Position numbers and translations under genes: made by a program. This document shows positions 44,649 through 55,095 of a DNA stretch of 55,337 nt, one piece after another (position 1 is the stretch's first letter; every line of letters starts with the position of its first letter). This DNA is from Candidatus Woesearchaeota archaeon (GTDB taxonomy: Archaea; Nanobdellota; Nanobdellia; Woesearchaeales; GW2011-AR4), in assembly GCA_016192985.1 (NCBI GenBank), contig JACPTC010000024.1, positions 1-55,337 of the forward strand, in the 5' to 3' direction. The notes under the pieces are model-generated. The model was not told where the DNA came from. It did no database searches and was given only the letters and a program-made list of their open reading frames with translations.

Positions 44649-45596
44649 ATGGAGCAAAAGCTATCGCCACAAACCATGATGAACGAAACACAAAAGCTGA
44701 TAGAGCTTGTTCTGGAATTAAAAAAACAAAGAAATGCAGTAATACTTGTGCATAACTATCAAAGACCAGAGATGTTCAGGATAGCTGACTACATAGGTGA
44801 TTCCTTAGGTTTGTCTGTAAAAGCAGCTGAAACAGATGCAGATGTAATACTTTTCTGCGGGGTCAAGTTTATGGCGGAAACTGCAAAAGTGCTAAGTCCA
44901 AAAAAAACAGTTTTATTGCCGACTTTGGATGCAGGCTGCTCACTTGCGGATATGGCAACAGTTCAAAGTTTGAAAGAGGTCAAAAAGCAATATCCAGATG
45001 CCGCTGTTGTAAGCTATGTAAATACAACTGCCGATGTAAAGGCGTTATCAGACATATGCTGCACTTCTGCAAATGCCGTTGAGGTTGTAAACTCGCTTCC
45101 GCATAAGCAAGTAATATTTTTGCCTGATAAGAATCTGGGAAGGTATGTCCAGCAGCATACAGATAAAGAGGTTATTTTATGGGACGGATACTGTTTTGTG
45201 CATGACAAGCTTGACTCCGACACTCTGATGGAGTTCAAGCAGCGCTATCCAGACGCTAAGATTGTAGCCCACCCAGAGTGCAGAGACGATTTGCTGAAGT
45301 TGGCTGATCATGTGTGTGGAACAGGGGGAATGGCAAAATTTGCAAAATTGGATGGCTCAAAGAATTTTATAGTTGTCACAGAATGCGGGATGACTGAAAA
45401 GCTGAGGCAGGATGTGCCAAACAAGAATTTCCTGTCATTCTGCAACATATGCCCTTACATGAAGTCTACAACCTTGCCATTAGTAGTCAGGTCTTTAATC
45501 CACAATGTGCACGAGATAAAGCTGCCAAGAGATGTAATAGTGAATGCTGGAAAAGCAATAGACAGGATGCTTGCAATTTCAAAAAATGCAACGTAG
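44649..45596 (+). CDS. nadA: quinolinate synthase
   Basis: AVILVHNYQ, GDSL, FCGVKFMAE, YVNTTA, CTSANAV, HPEC motifs. TTTAAACA at 44621-44628 lies 28 nt before this ATG. Confidence 0.85.
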   Translation: MEQKLSPQTMMNETQKLIELVLELKKQRNAVILVHNYQRPEMFRIADYIGDSLGLSVKAAETDADVILFCGVKFMAETAKVLSPKKTVLLPTLDAGCSLADMATVQSLKEVKKQYPDAAVVSYVNTTADVKALSDICCTSANAVEVVNSLPHKQVIFLPDKNLGRYVQQHTDKEVILWDGYCFVHDKLDSDTLMEFKQRYPDAKIVAHPECRDDLLKLADHVCGTGGMAKFAKLDGSKNFIVVTECGMTEKLRQDVPNKNFLSFCNICPYMKSTTLPLVVRSLIHNVHEIKLPRDVIVNAGKAIDRMLAISKNAT

Positions 45597-46506
45597 ACTT
45601 GACAGAGTTCTGGATTTTTGGGATAAGGGGAAGGCGTTAAGCGCAAATAACATTGAATATAGGGATTTTGTCAATAAACTTTTCGATGTATTGCTAAAAA
45701 ATGATTTAAAAGAAGAGGATCTTACTACAGATTCAATAATAAATGACAATAAAAATATTACTGCTTATATTGTTGCAAAAGAAGATGGAATTATAGCAGG
45801 TTTAGAAGAATTCTCATTATTAAACAAAGATTTGAAATTAAATGTTTTAAAAAAAGACGGAGACAAAATAAGAAAAGATGATATCCTACTGGAGATTAAT
45901 GGAAATGCAAAAAAGATTCTTAAAAAAGAAAGACTGAATTTAAATTTATTGCAAAGGATGAGCGGCATTGCAACATTGACAAATTCTTTAAATGAAAAAT
46001 TGAAAGGAAAAACCAAAATTGCTGCCACAAGAAAAATATTATGGGGATTATTGGACAAAAAGGCAGTAAGTGTTGGAGGAGGTTTGACGCATAGACTAAA
46101 CCTCAATGACGGCGTTATTATCAAGGACAACCATTTGAAAGTGATGAATTATGATTTTGAAAAAATAATAGACACAGCAACAAATAATTCAAAATATATT
46201 GAAATAGAAGTAGAAAATAGGCTGCAGGCAATAAGCGCTGCATCAGCTATAAAAAATTCAATAAAAAAATGCAGGGCAAAAAATGTTTTTGCAATTATGT
46301 TCGACAAGATAAAACCATTAGAAATAAAATCAATATTAAATGAATTGAAAAAAATTAGACTTTACGGCGAAATATTGTTTGAGGCATCCGGTAATATAAC
46401 TAAGGATAATTTAAATAAATATAGAGATTGCGGTGTTGATGTTATATCAATGGGTTTTATAACGAATTCTGCAAAACCCCTTAATATTTCTCAGGAGATA
46501 AGATGA
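45586..46506 (+). CDS. nadC: nicotinate-nucleotide pyrophosphorylase (quinolinate phosphoribosyltransferase)
   Basis: ERLNLNLLQRMSGIAT, ATRKILWG, VSVGGGLTHRLNL.DGVIIKDNH motifs. The tracked start is a TTG, so the ATG at 45586 is used. Confidence 0.8.
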   Translation: MQRRLDRVLDFWDKGKALSANNIEYRDFVNKLFDVLLKNDLKEEDLTTDSIINDNKNITAYIVAKEDGIIAGLEEFSLLNKDLKLNVLKKDGDKIRKDDILLEINGNAKKILKKERLNLNLLQRMSGIATLTNSLNEKLKGKTKIAATRKILWGLLDKKAVSVGGGLTHRLNLNDGVIIKDNHLKVMNYDFEKIIDTATNNSKYIEIEVENRLQAISAASAIKNSIKKCRAKNVFAIMFDKIKPLEIKSILNELKKIRLYGEILFEASGNITKDNLNKYRDCGVDVISMGFITNSAKPLNISQEIR

Positions 46507-47294
46507 AAGTCGGCATTATAGGATGCGGATTAATCGGAAGCGAGATAGCATCATTCCTTGATAATAATAAAAATTTTGAATTAATAGGATTGACTGACAT
46601 TGATAAAAATAAAAGCTTTGAATTAATCAAAAATCTAAAAAACAGCAAGCCAAAATTGATGGGCATAAATGAAATAATTAAAAAATCGGATTTAATTGTA
46701 GAGTCTGCAGCAAAGAATGCAGTTAGAGGAATATTGTCCAATGAGAATCTGGATAAAAAAAATAAAAAATTGCTGATTATGAGCACCAGCGGCATAATAA
46801 GTAGCCTAAGACTATTAAAAGAAATAAAAAACTGCGAAATTTTGCTACCGTCAGGCGCAATTGTTGGCTTGGACGGAATAAAATCCGTTTCAGAAAAAAT
46901 AGAATCGCTCACTTTAACAACAACAAAGCCTGTCCAGGGGCTTGAAGATGCACCTTACATAATAAAAAATAAAATAAACATTAAAAATATAAAAAATAAA
47001 AAAGTCATTTTTGAAGGAACTTTGATTGACGCAATAAATGAGTTCCCACAAAATATCAATGTAGCGGCAACCTTGTTTTTAGCATCAAAATCTAACAACC
47101 TAAGACTAAAGATTATTGCAGACCCTAAGACAAGATTTAATACACATGAAATTCAAGCAGAAGGTGACTTTGGCGTAATAAAAACAACTGCAATTAATTT
47201 CCCAAGCAAAAATCCAAAAACAAGCTATCTGGCTGTTTTAAGTGCTATACAGACCATAAGAAACATAGAAAGTAATATAAAAATAGGGAATTAG
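46503..47294 (+). CDS. nadX: L-aspartate dehydrogenase
   Basis: MKVGIIGCGLIGSEI Rossmann N-terminus, ~263 aa, ATGA overlap with nadC. This is the NadX-type start of de novo NAD synthesis seen with nadA/nadC in archaea and Thermotoga. Confidence 0.75.
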   Translation: MKVGIIGCGLIGSEIASFLDNNKNFELIGLTDIDKNKSFELIKNLKNSKPKLMGINEIIKKSDLIVESAAKNAVRGILSNENLDKKNKKLLIMSTSGIISSLRLLKEIKNCEILLPSGAIVGLDGIKSVSEKIESLTLTTTKPVQGLEDAPYIIKNKINIKNIKNKKVIFEGTLIDAINEFPQNINVAATLFLASKSNNLRLKIIADPKTRFNTHEIQAEGDFGVIKTTAINFPSKNPKTSYLAVLSAIQTIRNIESNIKIGN

Positions 47295-47344
47295 CCCAGT
47301 TTTTCAAAAACCTTTAAATACACAATAACAACCCTTTCTTTAAA

Positions 47345-47776
47345 ATGATTGTTGGATTTGGATTCACAAAACTCAGTGCTGAAAAGAACGAGAAAGCAAA
47401 AGGCAAGATTGACATAAACAATAATGTGACTATCAAAGATGTTCAGGAAGACAGCTTCTCATTGGGAAAGGACAAGCAGCAAAATGTTTTAAGATTCGTC
47501 TTTGAGTTTACATCAAAATATGAGCCTTCTGTTGGTGTTGTTCTAATAGAAGGAGAGCTTTTATACCTTGAAGAGTCAAAAAAGGTTAAGGAAATAACAG
47601 CTTCTTGGAAAAAAGACAAAAAATTGCCCAAAGAGCTGATGGCAGGTCTGCTGAATACTATCTTATCCAAATGCAATGTTCAGGCACTAATCTTGAGCCA
47701 AGAAATCAATCTGCCACCCCCAATACCCTTGCCAAAGGTGCAGATGGCTGCTCCTGACAAGAACTATATAGGGTGA
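47345..47776 (+). CDS. conserved hypothetical protein (143 aa)
   Basis: Clean ORF with TTTAAATA at 47313-47320, 32 nt upstream of the ATG. A faint SecB-like pattern was not verified. Confidence 0.45.
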   Translation: MIVGFGFTKLSAEKNEKAKGKIDINNNVTIKDVQEDSFSLGKDKQQNVLRFVFEFTSKYEPSVGVVLIEGELLYLEESKKVKEITASWKKDKKLPKELMAGLLNTILSKCNVQALILSQEINLPPPIPLPKVQMAAPDKNYIG

Positions 47777-47869
47777 ATAAACTTTTTCTAGTCAAACCAT
47801 CCTCAAATTCTCAATCAAAAGATTTATAAAATACATGCGCTTATTTTCTGTATTTTCAAGTTGCACAAA

Positions 47870-50491
47870 ATGGTTGAAAAGGAACTCAAGCTTAAAGTTG
47901 CAGAAGCCATACAAGATGATGTAAATAAAGGCATAGTCAGGATAGATTCTGGCTACTTGGCTGAAGTTGATATCAAGCCAGGCGATATAGTTGAGATAGA
48001 AGGCGAAAGAAAAACAGTGGCTATAGCTGACAGGTCTTATCCCGGCGATATTGGCTTAAATATAATAAGGATGGATGGCATAATAAGGAAGAATTCTAAA
48101 ACAGGCATAGGCGAAATTGTCAGAGTAAGAAAAGCGCAGGTTAAGGAAGCAAAAAAGATTGTGATAGCTCCTGCAAGAAAGGGCATTGTTATAAGGGCTT
48201 CTCCTGAAATCTTCAAGCAGGGGCTGCTGGGCAGGGCAGCTGTGAGGGGCGACATAGTTGCTTTAGGCGGAGCAAGAAGAAGAAAAACCACAATGATGAA
48301 CAATCCTTTCTTTGACGAAGACATCTTTAGCATTCTTGATGAGAGCATGATGGGAATTGGCTTCGGAGACATTAAGTTTGTTGTGGTTGACACAAACCCA
48401 AAGCAGGCTGTAATTATCATTGATTCAACAGAAATTGAATTCAGGTCGGAAGCTGTTGAAATAGAGGAAGAACGAGTGCCTGAAGTTACCTATGAGGATG
48501 TAGGCGGCTTAGAAGATGAAATAAAGAAAGTGAGAGAAATGGTTGAACTGCCGTTAAAGCATCCAGAGATCTTTGAAAGGCTTGGCATTGAAGCTCCAAA
48601 AGGCGTATTGCTTCATGGCCCTCCAGGAACCGGTAAGACACTGCTTGCCAAGGCAGTTGCAAATGAAACAAACTCGCATTTTATACTTATTAATGGACCT
48701 GAGATAATGAGCAAGTACTATGGCCAGTCAGAAGAAAATCTGAGGAAAAAGTTTGAGGAGGCTGAGAAGAATGCGCCTTCCATAATATTTATCGATGAAA
48801 TAGACGCGATTGCTTCAAAGAGAGAAGAGACAAGGGGAGAAGTTGAAAGAAGGGTTGTCGCACAGATGCTTGCCTTGATGGACGGCTTACAGTCAAGGGG
48901 CAAGGTTGTTGTTATAGCGGCAACAAATGTACCCAACATACTTGATCCTGCGCTAAGAAGGCCCGGCAGGTTTGACAGGGAAATTGAAATAGGAGTTCCA
49001 AGCAAGGAAGGCAGGCTGAATATTCTTAAAATTCATACAAGAAATATGCCGATGTATACAAGGGAAAGCGCAGTTAAGGAAATTGACTTTGAGCCTGAGT
49101 ACAAGGAAGCGATTACGAATTTATTAAGGCACAAAGACGCCAATTCAAGAAGCCTTGAAAAGTCAATAAACAAGTATCTTGTTGACAATCCTGAAAAAAA
49201 TGATTTATTCAAAAAGGTGGAAATATCAAAACTTAAAAAATACATAGAAAAGATAAATTATGACTCTAAGGTTGTTATACTAAAGGAGCTTGCTCAAATC
49301 ACGCATGGTTTTGTAGGTGCTGATTTGGCTTCGTTGGCGAAAGAAGCAGCAATGATTGTGCTGAGAAAAGTCCTTCCGGATATAAAGCTAAAAGAAGATG
49401 AGCCCTTGCCAAAAGAATTGCTTGAAAAGCTTGTCATAACTCAAATTGATTTTAAGGAAGCTTTGAAAGTTGTAAGACCATCTGCTTTGAGGGAAGTTCT
49501 TGTTGAAATTCCAAACGTGAAATGGATGGACATAGGAGGATTAGCTAATGTAAAGCAGGAGCTTATCGAGGCAGTTGAATGGCCTTTAAAGCATCCAGAG
49601 GCTTTCAAGAGACTTGGCGTTAAGCCTCCAAAAGGTATTTTGCTTTTTGGGGCTCCAGGAACCGGTAAGACACTGCTTGCCAAGGCAGTTGCAAATGAAA
49701 GCGAAGCTAATTTCATACTTGTAAAGGGTCCTGAATTGCTGAGCAAATGGGTAGGCGAGAGTGAGAAAGCAGTAAGGGAAGTGTTTAAAAAAGCAAGGCA
49801 AGTGAGCCCATGCATCATATTTTTTGATGAGGTAGACGCATTAGCGCCAAGGCGCGGCTTAAGCTCAGACAGCCATGTGAGCGAAAGGGTCGTAAATCAA
49901 TTGCTCACGGAAATTGACGGGTTGGAGGATTTGCATGATGTGGTTGTGATTGCAGCCACCAACAGACCAGACATTGTGGACACCGCACTGCTAAGGCCAG
50001 GAAGATTTGACAGAATGATTTTGACACCGATTCCAGACCAGAATACGCGGCTTGAAATATTTAAAGTGCATACAAAAGGAATGCCGATTGCTGTTGAGGA
50101 AGAGGCGAAAATAAAGACAAAGAAAATGGTTGCTGTGAAAACAATAAATGGTGCTAGCGAAGTTGAAGGAGGAAATGAAAAGCAACGCAATAAAATATTG
50201 AAAAAAGAAGACATAAACTCTAGGGATGACCTATTAAAGTATTTTGCTAATAAGACGGAAGGTTATGTTGGCGCTGACATTGAGGCTGTATGCAGGGAAG
50301 CCGCAATATTAGCTTTAAGAGAGGACATTGAGTCTAGAGAAATTGATATAACTCATTTTGACAATGCTCTTGAAAAAGTAAGGCCAAGCGTGACAAAAGA
50401 TGTTGAAAAAGCATATGAAGAATTGCAACAGCACTTTACCGCTGCAAGGGCCAAGCAGATGCTTGATGAAAAGCCAGGCTACATGGGCTAA
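47870..50491 (+). CDS. cdc48: CDC48/VCP-type AAA+ ATPase (double AAA) with two lineage-specific insertions
   Basis: N-domain (IVRIDSG...GDIVEIEG), D1 [17 protein letters not shown] / IIFIDEID, D2 [17 protein letters not shown] / IIFFDEVD. The tracked start is a TTG, so the ATG at 47870 is used. Confidence 0.9.
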   Translation: MVEKELKLKVAEAIQDDVNKGIVRIDSGYLAEVDIKPGDIVEIEGERKTVAIADRSYPGDIGLNIIRMDGIIRKNSKTGIGEIVRVRKAQVKEAKKIVIAPARKGIVIRASPEIFKQGLLGRAAVRGDIVALGGARRRKTTMMNNPFFDEDIFSILDESMMGIGFGDIKFVVVDTNPKQAVIIIDSTEIEFRSEAVEIEEERVPEVTYEDVGGLEDEIKKVREMVELPLKHPEIFERLGIEAPKGVLLHGPPGTGKTLLAKAVANETNSHFILINGPEIMSKYYGQSEENLRKKFEEAEKNAPSIIFIDEIDAIASKREETRGEVERRVVAQMLALMDGLQSRGKVVVIAATNVPNILDPALRRPGRFDREIEIGVPSKEGRLNILKIHTRNMPMYTRESAVKEIDFEPEYKEAITNLLRHKDANSRSLEKSINKYLVDNPEKNDLFKKVEISKLKKYIEKINYDSKVVILKELAQITHGFVGADLASLAKEAAMIVLRKVLPDIKLKEDEPLPKELLEKLVITQIDFKEALKVVRPSALREVLVEIPNVKWMDIGGLANVKQELIEAVEWPLKHPEAFKRLGVKPPKGILLFGAPGTGKTLLAKAVANESEANFILVKGPELLSKWVGESEKAVREVFKKARQVSPCIIFFDEVDALAPRRGLSSDSHVSERVVNQLLTEIDGLEDLHDVVVIAATNRPDIVDTALLRPGRFDRMILTPIPDQNTRLEIFKVHTKGMPIAVEEEAKIKTKKMVAVKTINGASEVEGGNEKQRNKILKKEDINSRDDLLKYFANKTEGYVGADIEAVCREAAILALREDIESREIDITHFDNALEKVRPSVTKDVEKAYEELQQHFTAARAKQMLDEKPGYMG

Positions 50492-50518
50492 ACACACAGC
50501 CCCCTGGAAATTGAGAAA

Positions 50519-52384
50519 TCAAACCATCAGCGTCAACTTCTCTTTTCTGTTTAAACCATCTATCAATCTTCTTCCAATGTTGTTGTTTTTCTTTATCTTG
50601 ATGATGCCTGTTTTGCCAGCTTTTGCGCTTAGAATAAACTCATCTCCAACATAGATATCCACATCCCTGTTTTGCATTTCAATCCCCATATCCACCAATA
50701 GCTGATTTTTCTTAAAATCTATTTTGAATTGCACTTCTCTCTGCTCTTTTGCAGCCCCCTTTACTGGATACCTTTCATTCAAGCTTTTAACATCAATTCC
50801 TATGCCCAGCCTCTCTTCGATTCTTGTTATGTTCGCGCCTTGCTTGCCTATTATTCTCGCGATGTCTTCATCAGGCACATAAACAGCACACTTATTGTCA
50901 GACAGCATCTCAACCTCAACATTTCTTGAGTATTTTTGGAATTCCTGTACAATTGTATTTTCAGCCAGTTTATGTGCAGAGCTCTTTTCCCTTCCTTCTT
51001 GGACAGGCACAACCACTGTCTGCTCACCATAGCTGTATATCTCGTACTCGAGCTTGCCTGTTTCAAAATCATTGACAACAACAACAGGCCTTGCCAAATC
51101 AGCTTCTGTCATTCCTGACGGGACTTTTACAGTCATCTTTAAGGCAAGGACTTTGTTGATAAATCCATTTTTTATGAAAATAACTGTGTCAATCACTTGC
51201 GGGATAACTCCCATCTCAATCCTTCCAATAAACCTTTGTATAGCATCTACTGGTGACGTTGCATGAACAACCCCAACCATTCCAACCCCCGCCAATCTTA
51301 AATCTGCAAAAAGTTTGAAGTCATCGGTGTTGCGCATCTCGTCAAAGATAGTATAATCCGGCCTAGAAAGAAGCAATATGTCGTGAATTTCCTGCGCATC
51401 TCCATAGGAAATTGAATATTGGGTTATTCGCTCAGGCAAAATCAAGTCTCTTGGGGCTTCAACTGTTTTCACAATCTTATTTTGGAAAGCATAATATTCA
51501 GCCAATCCCTGTGCAAAAGTTGTCTTTCCCATTCCTGGTGCGCCTGCAACAAGAACCCCTTCAGCTTGCTCAGCAATCCTTTTCATCAGCTTCTCGCTCA
51601 GCTTGTAGTCTTCAAGATTCAGCTTCTTTACAGGCCTGACAGCTGTTATTTCCCAGCCATCCGAAAACGGCGGCCTTGTTATTACAATCCTGAAGCTGCC
51701 AAGCTGCACTATTGTTGAGCCTGCTCTTTCAATCTCTATAAAACCATCTTTTCGCAGCTTTGCATCTTCTATGATTTCTCTTGACATATCCTGGATTTCC
51801 TCCTGCTTTAAAAGAGCTTTTCGTAGCTCCTTAAACTGCCAGTTTCCAGGCATGCCTTTCTTCGCATACGGCGGCACATTTTCCCTTAAATGAACGCTCA
51901 TTGTTGTTTCGTCAAAAAACCTTTCAAGCTTAAGCTTTCTCAGCCCTTTTTCAGGTCTTTTATAATAGTAAATTTTCATCCCTTTTGCAAGGCCAACCTC
52001 GCTTTGCACTTTATCAGATGTTATTAAAGTGGCATCTTCATCATAAGCAAGCTGCCTTATTAAGGAATCAATCTCTCCAAGAGAAGCATGCCTTATCTCA
52101 GCAGCCTTTGGCCTTTGCCCTTTAAATGAAAGAATAAATTCCTTGCCTTCTGAAATACTTTTTATCCTTTTTATCTCATCAAGACCAAGAAAGCCAATTG
52201 CTTTGCCAAGATTGGCTTGATGCTCAAGCTCAGCAATTACAGCTTCATGTATTATTATTTCATTTGCCTTGATATGGTTTTGCCTTATCTTTTCTGACAA
52301 AAGCCCTTCAATTATTACTGACGTATCAGGCACTACCTTATCCATCACTTGGGTTTGAGGATTAATTGGCTTCATGCTGTTCAT
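50519..52384 (-). CDS. PIN-domain / PilT-like ATPase / KH-domain protein (COG1855-type)
   Basis: N-terminal PIN (VVPDTSVII), Walker A GAPGMGKTT, C-terminal KH-like IARIIGKQGANITRIEERLG. Confidence 0.8.
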   Translation of the reverse strand: MNSMKPINPQTQVMDKVVPDTSVIIEGLLSEKIRQNHIKANEIIIHEAVIAELEHQANLGKAIGFLGLDEIKRIKSISEGKEFILSFKGQRPKAAEIRHASLGEIDSLIRQLAYDEDATLITSDKVQSEVGLAKGMKIYYYKRPEKGLRKLKLERFFDETTMSVHLRENVPPYAKKGMPGNWQFKELRKALLKQEEIQDMSREIIEDAKLRKDGFIEIERAGSTIVQLGSFRIVITRPPFSDGWEITAVRPVKKLNLEDYKLSEKLMKRIAEQAEGVLVAGAPGMGKTTFAQGLAEYYAFQNKIVKTVEAPRDLILPERITQYSISYGDAQEIHDILLLSRPDYTIFDEMRNTDDFKLFADLRLAGVGMVGVVHATSPVDAIQRFIGRIEMGVIPQVIDTVIFIKNGFINKVLALKMTVKVPSGMTEADLARPVVVVNDFETGKLEYEIYSYGEQTVVVPVQEGREKSSAHKLAENTIVQEFQKYSRNVEVEMLSDNKCAVYVPDEDIARIIGKQGANITRIEERLGIGIDVKSLNERYPVKGAAKEQREVQFKIDFKKNQLLVDMGIEMQNRDVDIYVGDEFILSAKAGKTGIIKIKKNNNIGRRLIDGLNRKEKLTLMV

Positions 52385-52466
52385 TTAATCGATATTTATT
52401 TATTAAACTTTCTTATTTACAATATTGAAAGATAATTTTATTTTTAAAATTGAAGCTTTGACAACT

Positions 52467-54536
52467 TTATTGCATACCTTTATCTCTTCTAAACAATACC
52501 ATCACCACAAAAATAAACACAATTGCAGCAACTATGACCATTATTATTATAGTGTTTATAGTGTTCCAGCTTATACTTCCAACTTTATTCGACAACAAGA
52601 GCAGTCTTTGCATTAAATTGACATTCGAAAGCAATATTGAAAATTCCTTATAGGCATGGTATTCTTTTTTTAATCCGTCATAATACCAAACATCCATTTT
52701 ATAATTGTTATTTCCATAAACTAATTGTTTTCCTTCAAACCTCAGCGCAAATTTTCTGCTTTCTGTTAAATTGCTGATAATCCATTTTTTTTCAATGCCG
52801 TTTAATGCAAGCGCAATCTCAACATCTTTTGGATTCGAATATGATTTCTTTGCAATTGTAAAGGAAATAGTGAAATTGTCCCCATAGGAAATGTTTACCG
52901 GAAATTCAAGCTCTTCAATCTCAATCTTTGGAGCATCGTTAATCTTGAAACTAGCATAAGAAACTTTTGAAACCAACTCATTTCTGGCTGTGACAGGAGA
53001 CTGAATGCTGCCAATTTCTGACTTGTTTATTGCAAATGCCGCGTTTTTTACTTGAGAAATTCCAAGGCTTATCCTTTTGCAGCTGTTTTTAAAGCAAACA
53101 TCAACATCTTCCAAAAAAATATTGCCCGTGTTCCTTACGTTGCAGTACAATTCAGCATCTTCATACTCATAAAATTCGCTTTTCTCGGTTTTGCAATCAA
53201 GAATCACATTACCTGAATATTCCTTTTCTTTTTCCTCATCCAGCAGCTTTGCAGTCTGCCCAATCTCTTCCAGAGGAACATATTTCTCTCTTACATTGGC
53301 CGTGAAGCTTGTCTGCGATGATATGTTATTTGAAGAGCTTACAATTAAAGGGAATGTGTAAGAGTATTTGCTTTCAAGATTGCTGTCAACTTTCATTATC
53401 CAGAACACTTTCTTTTTTTCCATCGGCAGCAGCAAAATACCCTTATCTTGGCTTCCGGAAATTTTCACTTCTTTTGGTTTGCTCAGATGAAGCTCGGTTG
53501 CATAGTAAAAATCATTGAGGTTTTCTATGGTAGCTTCAACCAAATTAAACGAGCCAAGATTGACAGCCTCTTTTAAGACAGAAGCTTCAAGTTTGAGTGG
53601 TGTTCTATAATATCCCATTTTGTCAATCAAATTTGTTTTAATATCCAGCTTTCTTGTTTTTAAGTCCGCATTTCTGCCGAGCCAATTGTAATAGGTGGAA
53701 GGCTCATCAGAATCAACAGAGTCCCTGAACTTTACGTGAGTCGGATCAATCCATCCCAATTGGCCATACGTTGCATCAAAAGGCAGCCAGCCATATCCTG
53801 GAAAATAGACTTCTGCCCATCCATGAGGTCCCCATTTTTCCGTGAATAATTCTGAGTTTGTGTATGCAATCCCTGATACAAATCTTGCCGGGATTCCAAC
53901 AGCCCTTAACATTGCTATAAACAAGGAAGTCAGCTCGTCGCATACGCCCTGCCTGTTCTCCAGAACCCATGAAGCTTTTTGGCTGACCTCTGCAGTGAGT
54001 GTGCTTAAATTGTAGTTGATGTTGTTTTTTGTCCAGTCAGCTATTTTGAATACCGCTTGGTATAAATCGTCTTCTCCCTTTACAAGCTCAGATGCAAGCC
54101 TTATAATATTTTCATTGCCTGAATCTATGGTTTCACTTGGTTTTGTGTAGGCTGCAACATCTTCTGGAAGCTCCTGAATAGGAAAAGTTATTTTTTCCTT
54201 TATTTTAGTGATTGTGTTTGTTGTTTTAACATCCGCATTAACCTTAAATCCAATCTTTGCCTCCGGCATTTTCCATGTAAATTTCAGGGTTTTGTCTGTA
54301 AGCTCCCCTTTTGGGTTTGTGTAGAAATTTAGCAGCTCTTGCGTGCCTGTTTGCTTTGGAAAGAAAGTCATGTTCACTGTTGCTGTATCCACATATCCAT
54401 TCGATGTCAGAGGCACTACCTCAATTTCAGATGAAAGGTCTATGTTGACCAAAATGTTTTGGCTGTTGTAGAACCAGTCTGCAAGAACAGAAGGAACACA
54501 AATCAATAAAAAGACAAACATCACAACTTTTTTCAT
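52467..54536 (-). CDS. transglutaminase-like surface protein with signal peptide and C-terminal TM anchor
   Basis: Signal peptide MKKVVMFVFLLICVPSVLA. Transglutaminase core QGVCDELTSLFIAMLRAVGIPAR...GPHGWAEVYF...FDAT (Cys-His-Asp). C-terminal helix IIMVIVAAIVFIFVVMVLF. Confidence 0.75.
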   Translation of the reverse strand: MKKVVMFVFLLICVPSVLADWFYNSQNILVNIDLSSEIEVVPLTSNGYVDTATVNMTFFPKQTGTQELLNFYTNPKGELTDKTLKFTWKMPEAKIGFKVNADVKTTNTITKIKEKITFPIQELPEDVAAYTKPSETIDSGNENIIRLASELVKGEDDLYQAVFKIADWTKNNINYNLSTLTAEVSQKASWVLENRQGVCDELTSLFIAMLRAVGIPARFVSGIAYTNSELFTEKWGPHGWAEVYFPGYGWLPFDATYGQLGWIDPTHVKFRDSVDSDEPSTYYNWLGRNADLKTRKLDIKTNLIDKMGYYRTPLKLEASVLKEAVNLGSFNLVEATIENLNDFYYATELHLSKPKEVKISGSQDKGILLLPMEKKKVFWIMKVDSNLESKYSYTFPLIVSSSNNISSQTSFTANVREKYVPLEEIGQTAKLLDEEKEKEYSGNVILDCKTEKSEFYEYEDAELYCNVRNTGNIFLEDVDVCFKNSCKRISLGISQVKNAAFAINKSEIGSIQSPVTARNELVSKVSYASFKINDAPKIEIEELEFPVNISYGDNFTISFTIAKKSYSNPKDVEIALALNGIEKKWIISNLTESRKFALRFEGKQLVYGNNNYKMDVWYYDGLKKEYHAYKEFSILLSNVNLMQRLLLLSNKVGSISWNTINTIIIMVIVAAIVFIFVVMVLFRRDKGMQ

Positions 54537-54633
54537 TTTATGTCAAGCAGTTACATTTGTTTATAAGTTTAATCGTTTTAAATTAAACCAAATCAACAAA
54601 TTTTATAAAGGTAAAGATACTCTTTTTCTATAT

Positions 54634-55095
54634 GCCGCGGTCGCATAGCCCGGCCATTGCGGTGATTTGCTGACAATTGTGAGCGAGGTAAATCTCATAT
54701 GTCACACAAACTGCAAGATTGCTAAGGGCTATAGCCTTGAACAATGGCTGTAAAGATCCACTGTCCGCAAGGATACGGGAGTTCAAAAACAACCTTTTCT
54801 TTGCTCGCAAGAGCCTCGCAAAGAAAAGCGTGACCAACAACGGTAGCCCGTTGACATCTGTGGGTTTCGCAACTTCGTTGCTCAAGCCCACGAAAATTCG
54901 TTGGATTAAGCAGTGAGATGGTGAGCGAGGTTCGACGAGCTCACCTCGCATGTCACGCGAAATCCAACTTGATTAAGACGTCAACTGACTTTGCAGTTGT
55001 GACCAAAAGAAAACGTGGGAGGGATTTTCTGATAAAATCCCTCAATAGAAATATCTTGGGAATGAAAGGGTTGTGTGAAAGTCTCCCCCGCGGCG
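54634..55095 (+). tRNA. tRNA-Ser: class II tRNA, probably tRNA-Ser(GCU), with three putative introns
   Basis: - Acceptor GCCGCGG pairs with CCGCGGC, plus discriminator G.
- D-arm GCA-TAGCCCGGCCAT-TGC.
- Anticodon stem GTGAT...GTCAC with loop TT-GCT-G (anticodon 54669-54671).
- Long variable arm T-GTCC-GCAA-GGAT-AC.
- T-arm GGGAG-TTCAAA|T-CTCCC.
- 462 nt minus inserts of about 27, 56 and 294 nt gives 85 nt.
- TTTTATAAAG lies ~27 nt upstream and a T7 run downstream. Confidence 0.65.
54788..55081 (+). other. putative 294-nt intron in the T-loop of the Ser-like tRNA
   Basis: Flanks fold as GGGAG:CTCCC, 3' bulge AGT, helix TTCA:TGAA, 5' bulge AAA, helix ACAACC:GGTTGT. The 5' and 3' modules are homologous to the tRNA-Pro T-loop insert. 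Confidence 0.6.

Noticed and set aside
54711-54730. A second anticodon-loop-like sequence, GATTGCTAAGG, inside the Ser-like tRNA, as an alternative anticodon arm.
   Set aside because: The flanking bases do not form a 5-bp stem. The upstream GTGAT-TTGCTG...GTCAC arrangement pairs properly and gives an 85-nt class II tRNA. It is kept as a caveat on the exact intron boundaries.
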